Of a stretch of 64,000 nucleotides of DNA, positions 20,918 through 31,193 are shown piece after piece. The translations under genes and the position numbers were made by a program. Numbering within the stretch: position 1 is the stretch's first letter; each line of letters begins with the position of its first letter. Under the pieces are notes generated by a model, which ran no database searches, was not told the DNA's origin, and saw only the letters and a program-made list of their open reading frames with translations. Source of the DNA: an uncultured Alphaproteobacteria bacterium (GTDB taxonomy: Bacteria; Pseudomonadota; Alphaproteobacteria; RF32; CAG-239). Where the stretch lies: positions 3,013 through 67,012 of the forward strand of contig CALXRS010000006.1 of assembly GCA_944390915.1 (NCBI GenBank), written 5' to 3'.

Positions 20918-23900
20918 AAAAAGTATCAAACCGGCGTTATCTGCTGCGCAAATTTTTTGATTATTCGCTTGTCTTGCTGCTGTTTTTGCTGCTGTTGTTC
21001 GTTTGGCAGCTATATCGCGGACCGATAGCCGTGCCGTTTCTCAAACCATATATTATTGCCGCGCTCAACCAGAATAACGAAGATGCCGAATTGACGGTGG
21101 ACAGCGTGGACATAGAGCTGGTTCGTTCCATAAAGCCGATAAGGATTATTGCCAAAAATACGGTATATAAGGAAAAGGACGGCCATATGCAGATTGCGGC
21201 TCCGGGGGTGGCTGTTTCTTTCAGCATTCGGGCTTTGCTGCAGGGGGTAATTGCGCCGAGTTCGATAGAAATTAACGATCCGTCGGTATATATTTTTACC
21301 GACTACGGCGTGAGCGACAAAACGGAAGCGGCAGAAGTAAGCAGCCGGCAGATAGATTATTACGTAACGGCGTTTGAGGAGTTTTTGGAGCGTTTCAATT
21401 CGTCGGACAACACCTATTCGGAAAGCTATATCAACGACATAAAAATCATTAACGGCAAAGTGGAGCTGCACGAGGTGGATCTTGGTCGCAAATGGGCGTT
21501 TGCCGATCTGAATTACAGTTTCGAGCGCAATTTTGCCGATATGAAAATGGAAATTAACGGCGCGGCCAAACTGCGCGACAAATTGGTCAGCATAGGGCTG
21601 GAGGCTCGCTACCGGCCTGCGGACAACAGGCTGGCGGCGCAGATCTATTTTTCGGATCTGGTGCCGGCGGATATTGTCGACACATATGTCAACGGGCGCG
21701 GCAGCCGCGATTGGTACAACATCAATCTGCCGGTTGACGGCAAAGTGTCTCTGCTGATTAATTTTAACGAATTTTTGCACAACCGGAAAAATTTGACCGC
21801 GGCCGTCGATACGGCGCTTGAAAAAATAACCTTTCGCATAGAAGGCGGGCGGGGATACATTTTGTTTGATAATACCGACGCCGGTTCTAAATATGACATT
21901 TCTTCCTTTTCCTTAAACGGGGAAATCAACGGCGGTTTGGACAAAATGACGATAGAGGGCGCTGATTTTAATCTCGGCGGACAAAAAGTTTCGCTGGGGT
22001 TCAATGTTTCCGGTTTGGAAGAATATTTGCTTGAAAATTCTAAGAAAAATTTGCGTCTGAAGCTGGTTGCCGATATCGGTAAATTGCCCCTTGATGATCT
22101 TTATACCTATTGGCCGCGCTATATTGCCTCCGAGGCGTGGGATTGGTGCCGAGATAGCATTTTCGGCGGCGAAGCGCAAAAAGCGCATTTTGAATTTGAT
22201 TTTGGTTACAACCGGCAAAACGGCGGTTTCGGGCTTGTTGATTTGCAGGGTGGGGCGGATATCGCCGATTCCAACCTGCGCTATATCAATACCATGCCGA
22301 TGGTCAACAATGTATACGGCGTGTTTTCGGTTACCCCGACAAGCATCAACATTGCTCTTAACAAGGCTGTTTCCGACGGCATAGAGCTCGATGAAGGCAA
22401 CGTGCGCATATACGATTTGGATAAATATAACAATTACATCGACATCCGTCTGACGTCACGTTCTCCCATTGCCGCCGCTTTGAAACTGATTGACCATCCG
22501 CCGCTCGGTTTTACGTCTCACATGGGGCTAAATCCGGAGATTATCGAAGGCCTTGCCGATACGGAACTGAACCTGAATTTTGAACTGAAAAAAGATTTGG
22601 GCTACGACGATGTTAAAGTTACGGTAAAATCCACCCTGCATGACGTCTTGATAAAAGACGCCGCGCTGTCTTTGCCGTTGACGGCCGAAAAAATGCAATT
22701 GACGGTGAATAACGAAGAAATGACGGTTTCCGGCGCGGCCAAACTGGGAGATATTCCGCTGCAGGTTCTCTGGAACGAATATTTTGACGAAAGCAAAAAA
22801 GAGCGCGCCGTCTATCGGCTGGGAACGCTTGTCAATACGTCCGCCGCCCGAAAAATCGGTTTGGATACGTCTTTGCTGCAACCGCCGTATTTTGCGGGCG
22901 AAGCAGAAGTGACGGCCGATGCTCTGCGATATCGCGACGGCCGTCTGGTCGTGAAGCTGAAAAGCAGTTTGCAGAAGGCTTCCATGAACTATGCGTTTTT
23001 GGGTTTTGTCAAGCCGCAGGGAGAGTCGGCGGTTCTGAATGCCGAACTGCTTATTAAAGGCGAAACGCCCGATAAGGTTTCAGCATTTCAGCTTTATAAG
23101 TCGGACTTTGATATTTCCGGGCAGGCTGATTTTGATAAAAAAGGTCGTCTGCAGACAATAGATATTGAAAAAATCAACGGCCCGAAAACAAAAGCCGGAG
23201 CCAAAATAGAAATTCCCGAACAGAAAGACGGAATAATTAAAATTAATATTTCCGGCGAGAGTTATGATTTATCCGAATTTTTTGATCGCCGGACATCTCT
23301 GATGTCGTCTGCCAGCGAAAAAGGAAAAGCGGAAAAGGAAGAAATACGGGATGCCGATGTCAACATTGCCGTCAATCGGCTGTGGACCAATCCCGATGTT
23401 TCGGTCACCGGCTTTGCCGGCAGCGCCCGTGTGCGCCGCGGCATCGGTGTGGACGAAATCCACATGATAGGCAATTATGACAATGACCGCAGCATGAACC
23501 TGAAAATGGACTATGTGCCGCGGCCGGACAACGAATGGCTGTTGTCAATTACCAGCAACCACGCCGGCAACACGCTTCGCTTTTTGCGCATATATGGCGA
23601 CATGCACGGCGGAAACTTGCAGATAGAAGCCAAAAAAGACGCTTCTGGCGAGTTTATCGGCCATGCCAAAATCCGCGATTTCAGCCTGCACAACACGTCT
23701 TTGTTGGTCAAGCTGCTGTCGGTAGCATCATTTACCGGCATGGTGGACATGCTGACCGGCGAAGGACTTACTTTTTCCCATTTTGACGCGCCTTTCCGCT
23801 ATAGGGACGGCATTTTGTCGGTTAAAAACGGCAAAACCTACGGCAACGTGGTCGGGCTGACATTCGGCGGCGCTTATAATACGTCCAACGAAGACATCAG

Positions 23901-24135
23901 CGTTAAGGGGATAATTTCTCCGGCTTACGGCCTGAATACGCTTATCGGCCGCATTCCGCTGGTCGGCAGTTTGCTGGCCGGCAAAGATGGTACCGTTTTT
24001 GCCGCCAATTACGCCATTACCGGCAAAGTTTCCGATCCCGATATCCGACTGAATCCGCTGTCCGTTCTCAGCCCCAATTCTCTGAAAGATGCGGTGGCGA
24101 AGGTGTTTGGGGAAGAAGATGACGGCTTCTTCTAA
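20914..24135 (+). CDS. large envelope protein, AsmA-like/YhdP (DUF3971-type) family
   Basis: 1073 aa with an N-terminal TM anchor (YSLVLLLFLLLLFVW) and a long beta-rich body. The family assignment rests on overall resemblance only. Its ATG overlaps the prfB TGA (ATGA). Confidence 0.5.
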   Translation: MKKVSNRRYLLRKFFDYSLVLLLFLLLLFVWQLYRGPIAVPFLKPYIIAALNQNNEDAELTVDSVDIELVRSIKPIRIIAKNTVYKEKDGHMQIAAPGVAVSFSIRALLQGVIAPSSIEINDPSVYIFTDYGVSDKTEAAEVSSRQIDYYVTAFEEFLERFNSSDNTYSESYINDIKIINGKVELHEVDLGRKWAFADLNYSFERNFADMKMEINGAAKLRDKLVSIGLEARYRPADNRLAAQIYFSDLVPADIVDTYVNGRGSRDWYNINLPVDGKVSLLINFNEFLHNRKNLTAAVDTALEKITFRIEGGRGYILFDNTDAGSKYDISSFSLNGEINGGLDKMTIEGADFNLGGQKVSLGFNVSGLEEYLLENSKKNLRLKLVADIGKLPLDDLYTYWPRYIASEAWDWCRDSIFGGEAQKAHFEFDFGYNRQNGGFGLVDLQGGADIADSNLRYINTMPMVNNVYGVFSVTPTSINIALNKAVSDGIELDEGNVRIYDLDKYNNYIDIRLTSRSPIAAALKLIDHPPLGFTSHMGLNPEIIEGLADTELNLNFELKKDLGYDDVKVTVKSTLHDVLIKDAALSLPLTAEKMQLTVNNEEMTVSGAAKLGDIPLQVLWNEYFDESKKERAVYRLGTLVNTSAARKIGLDTSLLQPPYFAGEAEVTADALRYRDGRLVVKLKSSLQKASMNYAFLGFVKPQGESAVLNAELLIKGETPDKVSAFQLYKSDFDISGQADFDKKGRLQTIDIEKINGPKTKAGAKIEIPEQKDGIIKINISGESYDLSEFFDRRTSLMSSASEKGKAEKEEIRDADVNIAVNRLWTNPDVSVTGFAGSARVRRGIGVDEIHMIGNYDNDRSMNLKMDYVPRPDNEWLLSITSNHAGNTLRFLRIYGDMHGGNLQIEAKKDASGEFIGHAKIRDFSLHNTSLLVKLLSVASFTGMVDMLTGEGLTFSHFDAPFRYRDGILSVKNGKTYGNVVGLTFGGAYNTSNEDISVKGIISPAYGLNTLIGRIPLVGSLLAGKDGTVFAANYAITGKVSDPDIRLNPLSVLSPNSLKDAVAKVFGEEDDGFF

Positions 24136-24604
24136 GATAGGCATAGACTTTCACGGCGTAATTACCGCGGCGCCGGATTTTTTCCGCGATTTTACGCGGC
24201 TGGCATCGGCTCGCGGACATGAAATTCATGTCATTTCCGGCGGCTCGGCGCAAACGGTTCGCCCTTTTCTCGAAAACCGGGGAATAGTTTGGCAACATCT
24301 TTTTTCGTTGTTGGATTATTTTTCGGCTCTCGGTCGTGTCGAACATCTGGCCGGCGGCGCTTTTCATGTTCCCGAAGAATTGTGGAACAAGGCCAAGGCC
24401 GACTATTGCCGCGACAACGCCGTTAACCTGCAAATAGACGATACGCCGGCCTACGGGGCATTTTTTGTTACCCCGTTTTGCCTTTATGACAGTGTCCGCC
24501 GCACCTGTCGCCTCGGCGAAAGAGAAGTCGATTTCGGTGGTTCGCCGGCGCAGGCTTTGGCGGAAGTGGAAAGTTTTATTGCCGCGCAAAAAACAAAAAA
24601 GTAA
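24119..24604 (+). CDS. hypothetical protein, weakly HAD-like N-terminus
   Basis: 161 aa from the ATG at 24119. IGIDFHGVI resembles HAD motif I but lacks the second Asp. It overlaps the preceding gene by 17 nt. Confidence 0.4.
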   Translation: MTASSKIGIDFHGVITAAPDFFRDFTRLASARGHEIHVISGGSAQTVRPFLENRGIVWQHLFSLLDYFSALGRVEHLAGGAFHVPEELWNKAKADYCRDNAVNLQIDDTPAYGAFFVTPFCLYDSVRRTCRLGEREVDFGGSPAQALAEVESFIAAQKTKK

Positions 24605-24610
24605 TGCTCA

Positions 24611-24655
24611 AAAAAAACAAAAAAAGAGCCCGGGGCTGTGTCTCGGGCTCTCAAG
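24611..24655. terminator. bidirectional rho-independent terminator
   Basis: The stem gagcccg (24626-24632) pairs with cgggctc (24644-24650). An A-run lies upstream, which reads as a T-run for the minus-strand autotransporter gene. Confidence 0.6.
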
Positions 24656-24683
24656 TTTATCGGCCGCGGCGACTGATTTCGGC

Positions 24684-27600
24684 TTACCAGCTGAAGCTCA
24701 TGCCGGCGCCGAAAGCGGTTGCTTCATATCGGCTGCCGAAGGTGTAGCTGCCCCATCCGAAAACGGAGAAGCTGCCGCCGAACCCGTAGCGTCCGCCGAT
24801 TTCTATCCGGCCGAGAGTCTGGTCGCGCAGAGCGGGACTGTCGGGCAGATTGTCGATATAAACATTGTCGTTATCGCCGAATGTTTGTACGAAAGTCGGT
24901 TTCAGATGGAGTTTTGCGGCGCTTTCGTCAAAGAAGAAAGTCTTTTCAAGCTTAATTCCCGCTTCCGCTTCCGCGTAGTTAACCGTATCAAAACGGGCGG
25001 TGTTGCCGACGCGGTCGCGGATGTCGTCATAGTCGGTCATCGTATAAAAGATGCCGACGGACGGTTCCAAAGTTACGGTTTTGCTTAAGGCAAAGACATA
25101 TCCGGCATCGGCTGCAGCACCGAACTGATGGCCGTCGGTATCTGTGCGAACGGCGCCGTCATCGGTTTTGAGGTCGGCCTTCTGAATGCCGCCGAAAGCG
25201 GTTGCGGTCAGGTAAGCGCGGCTGCGGTCATAGCGATAGTACAAACCGCCGAGATAGCTGTCGATATCGATTTTGCTGCCGATAGTCGAGGAGAAGCTGC
25301 GCCCTTTGCCGGAAAGCTCGTATTCGCCCTGACGATAGGCGGCAAAAACGCCGATTTTGTTGTGGGCGTTTGTCTGGATGTCAAAACCGCCGGTAATGCC
25401 CCAGATGTCCGCTTCCATGTCGACCGGACGTTCGCTGTCGGCCTGGCGATAGTCGGTGACAACCCAGGCGTTGGCAAGCGTTTTGCCGTCGAAAGCTTCG
25501 TCATAAACGCCGCAGCAGTTTTCGCTGAACAATTTATTGGCGGCAACTTTTTCGGCCACAACGGCGTGCAGCCCGCGGGTTTGTTCGACGGATGCCTGCA
25601 TCAATCCGGCATAGGCGACAAATTCGGGAGCAACGGTTCGCGTTTCGGGTTCCGGCTCGATTTCCTGATTGGTAAACAGCCATTGTTTTCCGCTCGGGTC
25701 GTAAATAACGTTCAGGTTATATTGATAAGGCTGTCCGACCAGACGGGAAATAACGAAGGTTCCGTCTTTGGCGTCGGTATCGTCCGGCGTATTGGCAAAG
25801 ACGATGTCGGCCGTCTGTTCAACATCGCTTAGCATATTGACAATCAGTCCGGTAGTGCCGGTCAGTTCGCCTTTGATGTTGAGCACGTCGGCAACGTTGT
25901 TGGCCGTATCCACGTCCAGCCAAAGCTCGGCGTTTTTGGCGCGATATCCGTTCAGCGTCAGGGTGCCGATGGTGTTGTTTGCCAGATTGAGGCGGCTGTT
26001 GGTTAAGGCCAGAATTTGCCCGTTAAGCAGGTTGTCCGTTTGCAACCGCACTTCCGTATTGCTGACATTGATGCTGCCGCTGTTTTGGATGCTGCCGTCA
26101 AGGACAAGCGCGCCGCTGTTGTCGCCGGTGATGTTGACGGTATAGCCGTTTTCGCCGTTAATTCCGCCGTCAAAAGTAGCCGTTCCGTTTTGTGTCAGAC
26201 GAATGTTGAGCGTGGTTCCGGCAGCCATGAAAATATCGTTGGCGCCGCTGCCGTCGGTGTTGCCGGCAAAGGTTATGTCACCGTCTTCGGCAATGAGTAT
26301 CAGATTGCCGGCATTGTGAATGGCGCCGCCGGTTCCCTTCGAACTGTTGTTGGTAAAGGCGGAGTTGGTGATGACCAGTGTTCCCTTGTTGTTGACAACG
26401 CTGCCGTTGCCGTCGTGAGAATTGCCGTCAAAACGTCCGTCTTCCATCAGCGTGGTGCCGGAGTTGTCGAGAATGCCGTTGGTCTTTCCGTTCAGTTCGG
26501 TTGCCTGGATGTCGAGGATTTCGCCTTTTTCCACGACGGATTCCTCGCGAGCCAGTTCTTTGGAAACAATCTCAACCTTGTTTCCGTTCTGGGCAAATTT
26601 GTAATCGATGTTGTTATAGATTTTTGTATATTTATCCAGATTATTGATGGTAAGCACGGCGTTGTCAAACAGGGTAACGGTATCGCCGATATTGCCGAAG
26701 CCGTCAAAGCGGATGTTGTAAATTCCCAGTTCGCCCGCGGCCGAGGCTATGTCAAGGCTGTCGGACATGCCTTTGTTGAAGTTGGCGCCGAACGAAAGGT
26801 AGGCATTGTTGCTTGTCGTCAGGCTGCTGACGGTCAGGCGATGATAGTCGTCATAGTCCAGTTCAAGCCGTCCGCCGTCAAGCGCAACCGCGGTTGAGCC
26901 GGTGCCGAAACTTGCATTTTCGCGCATAATCAGCGTTGTGTCGCGAACGGCGAGCGAAGCCGCGTTTTCCGCCGCGGCGGTAAAGACGACGCTGCTGTCC
27001 GTGTCGCCGGAAATGTTTATTTGATAGCCGTTCTCGCCGTTGATGCCGCTGCCGAAAGAAGCCGTGCCGTTGTTGCGGGCAATGATGTAAAGGGTGGAGC
27101 TGCCGCTGCCCATGTAGATATCGTTGCCGCCGTTGCCGTCCGCGTTGCCGTCAAAAACGACTTCGTCATTGTCGGCGATAAGCGTTAAATCGGACGTGCT
27201 GTAGATGGCGCCGCCGCTGCCGGTTGTACTGTTGCCGGTGAAGTCGGTGTTGGTGATGGTAAGACTGCCGTCGTTGGCAATCACGCCGCCGTTGCCGTTA
27301 TCGTTGCTGTTGTCGGCAAAGCTGCTGTCAACGATATTGGTGGTGCCGTGGTTGGTTAAGATGGTGTTCTGAAATTCTTTCAGATTGGTGTTTTGCGAAT
27401 TGAGGATTTCGCCTTTTTCCACAACGGAGCCGTCGCGCACCAGATTTTTGGAGGCAATGACCAGCTTGCCGCCTTCCTGGCGGAAAGTATAGTCCAGATT
27501 GTTATACATTTGTGTATATTTATCCAGATTGTTGATGGTGACTGCGGCATTGTCAAACAGGGTAATGGAGTCGCCGACGTCTCCGAAGTCGTCAAAGCGG

Positions 27601-30600
27601 ATGTTGTAAATTCCCAGTTCGCCCGTGGCCGAGACTATGTCAAGGCTGTCGGACGTGCCTTCGTTGAAGTTGGCGCCGAACGAAAGGAGTGAGCCGCCGG
27701 TTGCCGTCAGGCTGCCGGCAGCAAGACTCTTATAACTGCCCGTGCCGTATTCCAGCTTAAGCCGTCCGCCGTCAAGAGCAACCGCGGTTGAGCCGGTGCC
27801 GAAACTTGCATTTTCGCGCATAATCAGCGTTGTGTCGCGAACAGTGAGCGAAGCCGCGTTTTCCGCCGCGGCGGTAAAGACGACGCTGCTGTCCGTGTCG
27901 CCGGAAATGTTTATTTGATAGCCGTTCTCGCCGTTGATGCCGCTGCCGAAAGAAGCCGTGCCGTTGTTGCGGGCAATGATGTAAAGGGTGGAGCTGCCGC
28001 TGCCCATGTAGATATCGTTGCCGCCGTTGCCGTCCGCGTTGCCGTCAAAAACGACTTCGTCATTGTCGGCGATAAGCGTTAAATCGGACGTGCTGTAGAT
28101 GGCGCCGCCGCTGCCGGTTGTACTGTTGCCGGTGAAGTCGGTGTTGGTGATGGTAAGACTGCCGTCGTTGGCAATCACGCCGCCGTTGCCGTTATCGTTG
28201 CTGTTGTCGGCAAAGCTGCTGTCAACGATATTGGTGGTGCCGTGGTTGGTTAAGATGCCTTTGTCATAATCGTTCATAACGGTATCCTGGATGTCGAGGA
28301 TTTCGCCTTTTTCCACGACGGATTCCGCCCGCACCAGATTTTTGGAGGCAATGACCAGCTTGCCGCCTTCCTGACGGAAAGTATAGTCCAGATTGTTGTA
28401 GATTTTGGTGTAGCTGTCGAGATTGTTGATGGTAACTGCGGCATTGTCAAACAGGGTAACGGAGTCGCCGACGTTGCCCGAATAGTCGAAGCGAATGTCA
28501 TAAATTTGCAGTTCTCCGGAAACTCCGGCAATGTTGAGACTATCGGAAGCCCCTTTCAGGAAATTGGCTCCGAACGAAAGGTAGGAATTGCCGGTAACGG
28601 AGAGGTTGCCGATGGTCAGTTGCTGATATTCTCCGGCGGCGTAATTCAGCTTCAGATGGCTGTCGTTTAAGGAAAGATCTGTTCCTTTGCTGCCGAAATT
28701 GCCAAAGCTGCCGCTGGCGCCGGTTAGGGTCAGGTTTATCTTATCGGCGGTAAGAGCGGACGCGTTGTTGATGGTGTCGGCAAAAGAAATTTCCGCCGCG
28801 TCTTTGCCGCTGCCGTTACCTTTGAGCACAACGGAATATTGTTTGTCATAGTCAATCCCCGTGCGGTCGGCGTTAACCGCGCCGCCGTCGATTTCGTCGG
28901 CAAAGATGATGCCGCCGCCTTTGGAAACGTCAAACGTCAGCACCGGCGCCCCGTCGGCGGTATTGACGAAAATGGCGTTGTTGGTCGTTTCGCCGGCGGC
29001 GTTTTCGACGCTGTTGCCGGAAAATTCGATATATTTTCCGTCGCTGTCAAAAAGCATGCTGTCGGAAGTGTAGACGGCGCCTCCCAAAGCCAGTGTGCCG
29101 CCCGCAACCCTGTTGCCGGTAAACGAAAAGCCGGTTACGGAAGCAAGGCTGCCGTCGTTATAAATGGCGCCGCCGCTTTCGCCGGCCGTGTTGTTGCTGA
29201 AGCTGTTGGTTGCCGAAAGGCCGGCGATGTTGCCGATGGTGCCCGCGGCGGCATTGTATATCGCGCCGCCGCTGCCGGCCGCCGTGTTGCCGGAATAATT
29301 GCTGCCGGAAAGCGTTTCGCCGAGGCTGCCGTCGTTATATATCGCGCCGCCGTCCTTGCCGGAAGAGTTGTCGGCAAAGTCGACTTCCGTCAGCGTCAGG
29401 CTGCCGTGGTTGGCAAACACGCCGCCGTTGGTGTTGTCGTTGCTGTTGCCGGAAAAACTGCCTTTGTTGATGGTGGTGGTGCCGGAGTTGTCGAGAATGC
29501 CGCCGGTGAGGTTGTTCAGTTCCTTGTCCGCCACCTCAAGGATTTCTTCCTCAACCACAATCGATTCTGCGCGCACCAGATCTTTGAAAATAACGCTCAG
29601 TTCGCTGCCGTTTTGTTCAAATTTATAATCTATGTTGTTATAGATGCCGGTGTAGGTATCGAGATTGTTAAAAGTCGTGCCGGCGTCGGCAAAAACGGTT
29701 ACCGATTCGCCGATGTTGCCGAAGTTGTCCATATGGATGGCGCCGAGCCCGTAGTCGCCGGTGAGGTTGGCGGTGTTAAGCTGATCGGCCTTGCCGCCGT
29801 GAAAATCGGCGCCGAAAGAGAGGAACGAATTGCCGGTTGCCGTCAGGCTGTTTAAAGAAAGCGTCTGGTAGCCGTCATAATCCAGATCCAAATGCCCGTC
29901 GTTAAGCGTAACATCCGCCGTTCCGCCGTCCGGCTGAGAAAAATTGCCGTGGTGCCCGTCGTAGCTGCCCATGGTCATAACGGCGTTGTTTACCGTTACC
30001 GTGGCGGTGTTGTTGATTGTGTCGGCAAAGAAAATGCGGCCGCTGCCGACAGTTGTGCCGTTGCCCGAGATAATGAGGGAATATTGTCTGTCATATTCCA
30101 CTCCCGTACCGGTGCCGTTGACTTCGCCACCGTCAATTTGGTCAAGAAACCATATCTGCCCGCCTCCGGAAACATCAAAAGTCAGGGTTGAGCCGTCGAT
30201 AATCGTATCCATAAATATGGCGTTGTTGATGCGATTGCCGTCGGTTACCGCATAATTTCCGGCGAACTCAATATTTTTTCCTTTGCTGGCAATTGTCAGA
30301 TTACCCGAAGTGTATATGGCCCCGCCGAGAGCAAGGCCTGTTCCTTCGACATAGTTGCCGATAAAGCTGCCGCTGATAACGCCAAGAGTTGCCGGGCTGA
30401 AGCTTACGCCGTCATCATAGCTGTAGTTGTAAATGGCGCCGCCGAAGGCGTGATTGTTGGTGTTGGTTGCGCTGTTGCCAATAAAGTTGCCGGTAATATC
30501 GCCGATGGAAGCGGTCTGTCCGAGGGCGTTCGTAGAGTTGTAAATAGCGCCGCCGTAGGAAGGCCAGACAGAGTCGGATGCCGCCGTGTTGTTGATAAAA

Positions 30601-31076
30601 TCACCGGTAATGTTGCCGATGGAAGTGGTGCCGCCGCTGGCCGGACGATTGTAGATGGCGCCGCCCTGCGGGCCGTTTACCACACTGCCGTCAACGCGGT
30701 TGTTGACAAAATCGCCGGTCACGTTGCCGATTTTCCATTCGGGATTAATGAGAGTGCTGGTGCGGTTGAAGATAGCGGCGCCGTTGTCCCCGGTGAGACC
30801 AAAGAAATTGTTGTTGACATCCGCGCCTTCCAGATCGTCGTGTATCTGTTCGCCGCTTTGGGCTCCGTCTTTTATTTTATATTGATAATAGGTAATGCTG
30901 CTGGTTCCGTCGTCATTGATTTCCACCAGCGAAAAGTCGCTTCCTTCGGCAGAGTCGATACGGGTGATGTCGTAAACGCTGTTATCACCCAGAGTCGGCG
31001 TATAATCGGCTCCGGCAAGAGAGGTGGAGCAAGAGAGCAGGGCAGTCAGTCCGACGGCCGCCATTTTGTGTTTCAT
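24684..31076 (-). CDS. giant autotransporter adhesin with Pmp-type (GGAI) repeats
   Basis: 2130 aa with the signal peptide MKHKMAAVGLTALLSCSTSLAGA. It has many GGAIYN/GGAIYS motifs, five ~300-aa passenger modules, and a C-terminal beta-barrel ending in MSFSW. Confidence 0.85.
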   Translation of the reverse strand: MKHKMAAVGLTALLSCSTSLAGADYTPTLGDNSVYDITRIDSAEGSDFSLVEINDDGTSSITYYQYKIKDGAQSGEQIHDDLEGADVNNNFFGLTGDNGAAIFNRTSTLINPEWKIGNVTGDFVNNRVDGSVVNGPQGGAIYNRPASGGTTSIGNITGDFINNTAASDSVWPSYGGAIYNSTNALGQTASIGDITGNFIGNSATNTNNHAFGGAIYNYSYDDGVSFSPATLGVISGSFIGNYVEGTGLALGGAIYTSGNLTIASKGKNIEFAGNYAVTDGNRINNAIFMDTIIDGSTLTFDVSGGGQIWFLDQIDGGEVNGTGTGVEYDRQYSLIISGNGTTVGSGRIFFADTINNTATVTVNNAVMTMGSYDGHHGNFSQPDGGTADVTLNDGHLDLDYDGYQTLSLNSLTATGNSFLSFGADFHGGKADQLNTANLTGDYGLGAIHMDNFGNIGESVTVFADAGTTFNNLDTYTGIYNNIDYKFEQNGSELSVIFKDLVRAESIVVEEEILEVADKELNNLTGGILDNSGTTTINKGSFSGNSNDNTNGGVFANHGSLTLTEVDFADNSSGKDGGAIYNDGSLGETLSGSNYSGNTAAGSGGAIYNAAAGTIGNIAGLSATNSFSNNTAGESGGAIYNDGSLASVTGFSFTGNRVAGGTLALGGAVYTSDSMLFDSDGKYIEFSGNSVENAAGETTNNAIFVNTADGAPVLTFDVSKGGGIIFADEIDGGAVNADRTGIDYDKQYSVVLKGNGSGKDAAEISFADTINNASALTADKINLTLTGASGSFGNFGSKGTDLSLNDSHLKLNYAAGEYQQLTIGNLSVTGNSYLSFGANFLKGASDSLNIAGVSGELQIYDIRFDYSGNVGDSVTLFDNAAVTINNLDSYTKIYNNLDYTFRQEGGKLVIASKNLVRAESVVEKGEILDIQDTVMNDYDKGILTNHGTTNIVDSSFADNSNDNGNGGVIANDGSLTITNTDFTGNSTTGSGGAIYSTSDLTLIADNDEVVFDGNADGNGGNDIYMGSGSSTLYIIARNNGTASFGSGINGENGYQINISGDTDSSVVFTAAAENAASLTVRDTTLIMRENASFGTGSTAVALDGGRLKLEYGTGSYKSLAAGSLTATGGSLLSFGANFNEGTSDSLDIVSATGELGIYNIRFDDFGDVGDSITLFDNAAVTINNLDKYTQMYNNLDYTFRQEGGKLVIASKNLVRDGSVVEKGEILNSQNTNLKEFQNTILTNHGTTNIVDSSFADNSNDNGNGGVIANDGSLTITNTDFTGNSTTGSGGAIYSTSDLTLIADNDEVVFDGNADGNGGNDIYMGSGSSTLYIIARNNGTASFGSGINGENGYQINISGDTDSSVVFTAAAENAASLAVRDTTLIMRENASFGTGSTAVALDGGRLELDYDDYHRLTVSSLTTSNNAYLSFGANFNKGMSDSLDIASAAGELGIYNIRFDGFGNIGDTVTLFDNAVLTINNLDKYTKIYNNIDYKFAQNGNKVEIVSKELAREESVVEKGEILDIQATELNGKTNGILDNSGTTLMEDGRFDGNSHDGNGSVVNNKGTLVITNSAFTNNSSKGTGGAIHNAGNLILIAEDGDITFAGNTDGSGANDIFMAAGTTLNIRLTQNGTATFDGGINGENGYTVNITGDNSGALVLDGSIQNSGSINVSNTEVRLQTDNLLNGQILALTNSRLNLANNTIGTLTLNGYRAKNAELWLDVDTANNVADVLNIKGELTGTTGLIVNMLSDVEQTADIVFANTPDDTDAKDGTFVISRLVGQPYQYNLNVIYDPSGKQWLFTNQEIEPEPETRTVAPEFVAYAGLMQASVEQTRGLHAVVAEKVAANKLFSENCCGVYDEAFDGKTLANAWVVTDYRQADSERPVDMEADIWGITGGFDIQTNAHNKIGVFAAYRQGEYELSGKGRSFSSTIGSKIDIDSYLGGLYYRYDRSRAYLTATAFGGIQKADLKTDDGAVRTDTDGHQFGAAADAGYVFALSKTVTLEPSVGIFYTMTDYDDIRDRVGNTARFDTVNYAEAEAGIKLEKTFFFDESAAKLHLKPTFVQTFGDNDNVYIDNLPDSPALRDQTLGRIEIGGRYGFGGSFSVFGWGSYTFGSRYEATAFGAGMSFSW
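26884..28257. repeat. in-frame tandem duplication with an 894-bp period inside the autotransporter gene
   Basis: 26884-27363 and 27778-28257 are identical by eye except cggcgag versus cagtgag. The offset is 894 nt, or 298 codons. More diverged copies of the module flank them. Confidence 0.9.
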
Positions 31077-31193
31077 GGTTTCTATCCTTAAATTTCGAGC
31101 ACAGCCGTTACAGCGGCGGTTATGTTAAGATTAAAGATATTGCGTGCATCAAAATAATACCGCGTAAGCGAAAAAACACCTGTCGGCAAAACA

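Noticed and set aside
25128-31091. Several 200-340-aa plus-strand ORFs inside the autotransporter gene (for example 26016-26897, 28839-29855 and 30450-31091)
   Set aside because: These Gly/Ala/Val-rich mirror frames are generated by the repetitive GGAIY-coding DNA. They show no starts with an RBS. The minus strand encodes one continuous protein from signal peptide to beta-barrel.
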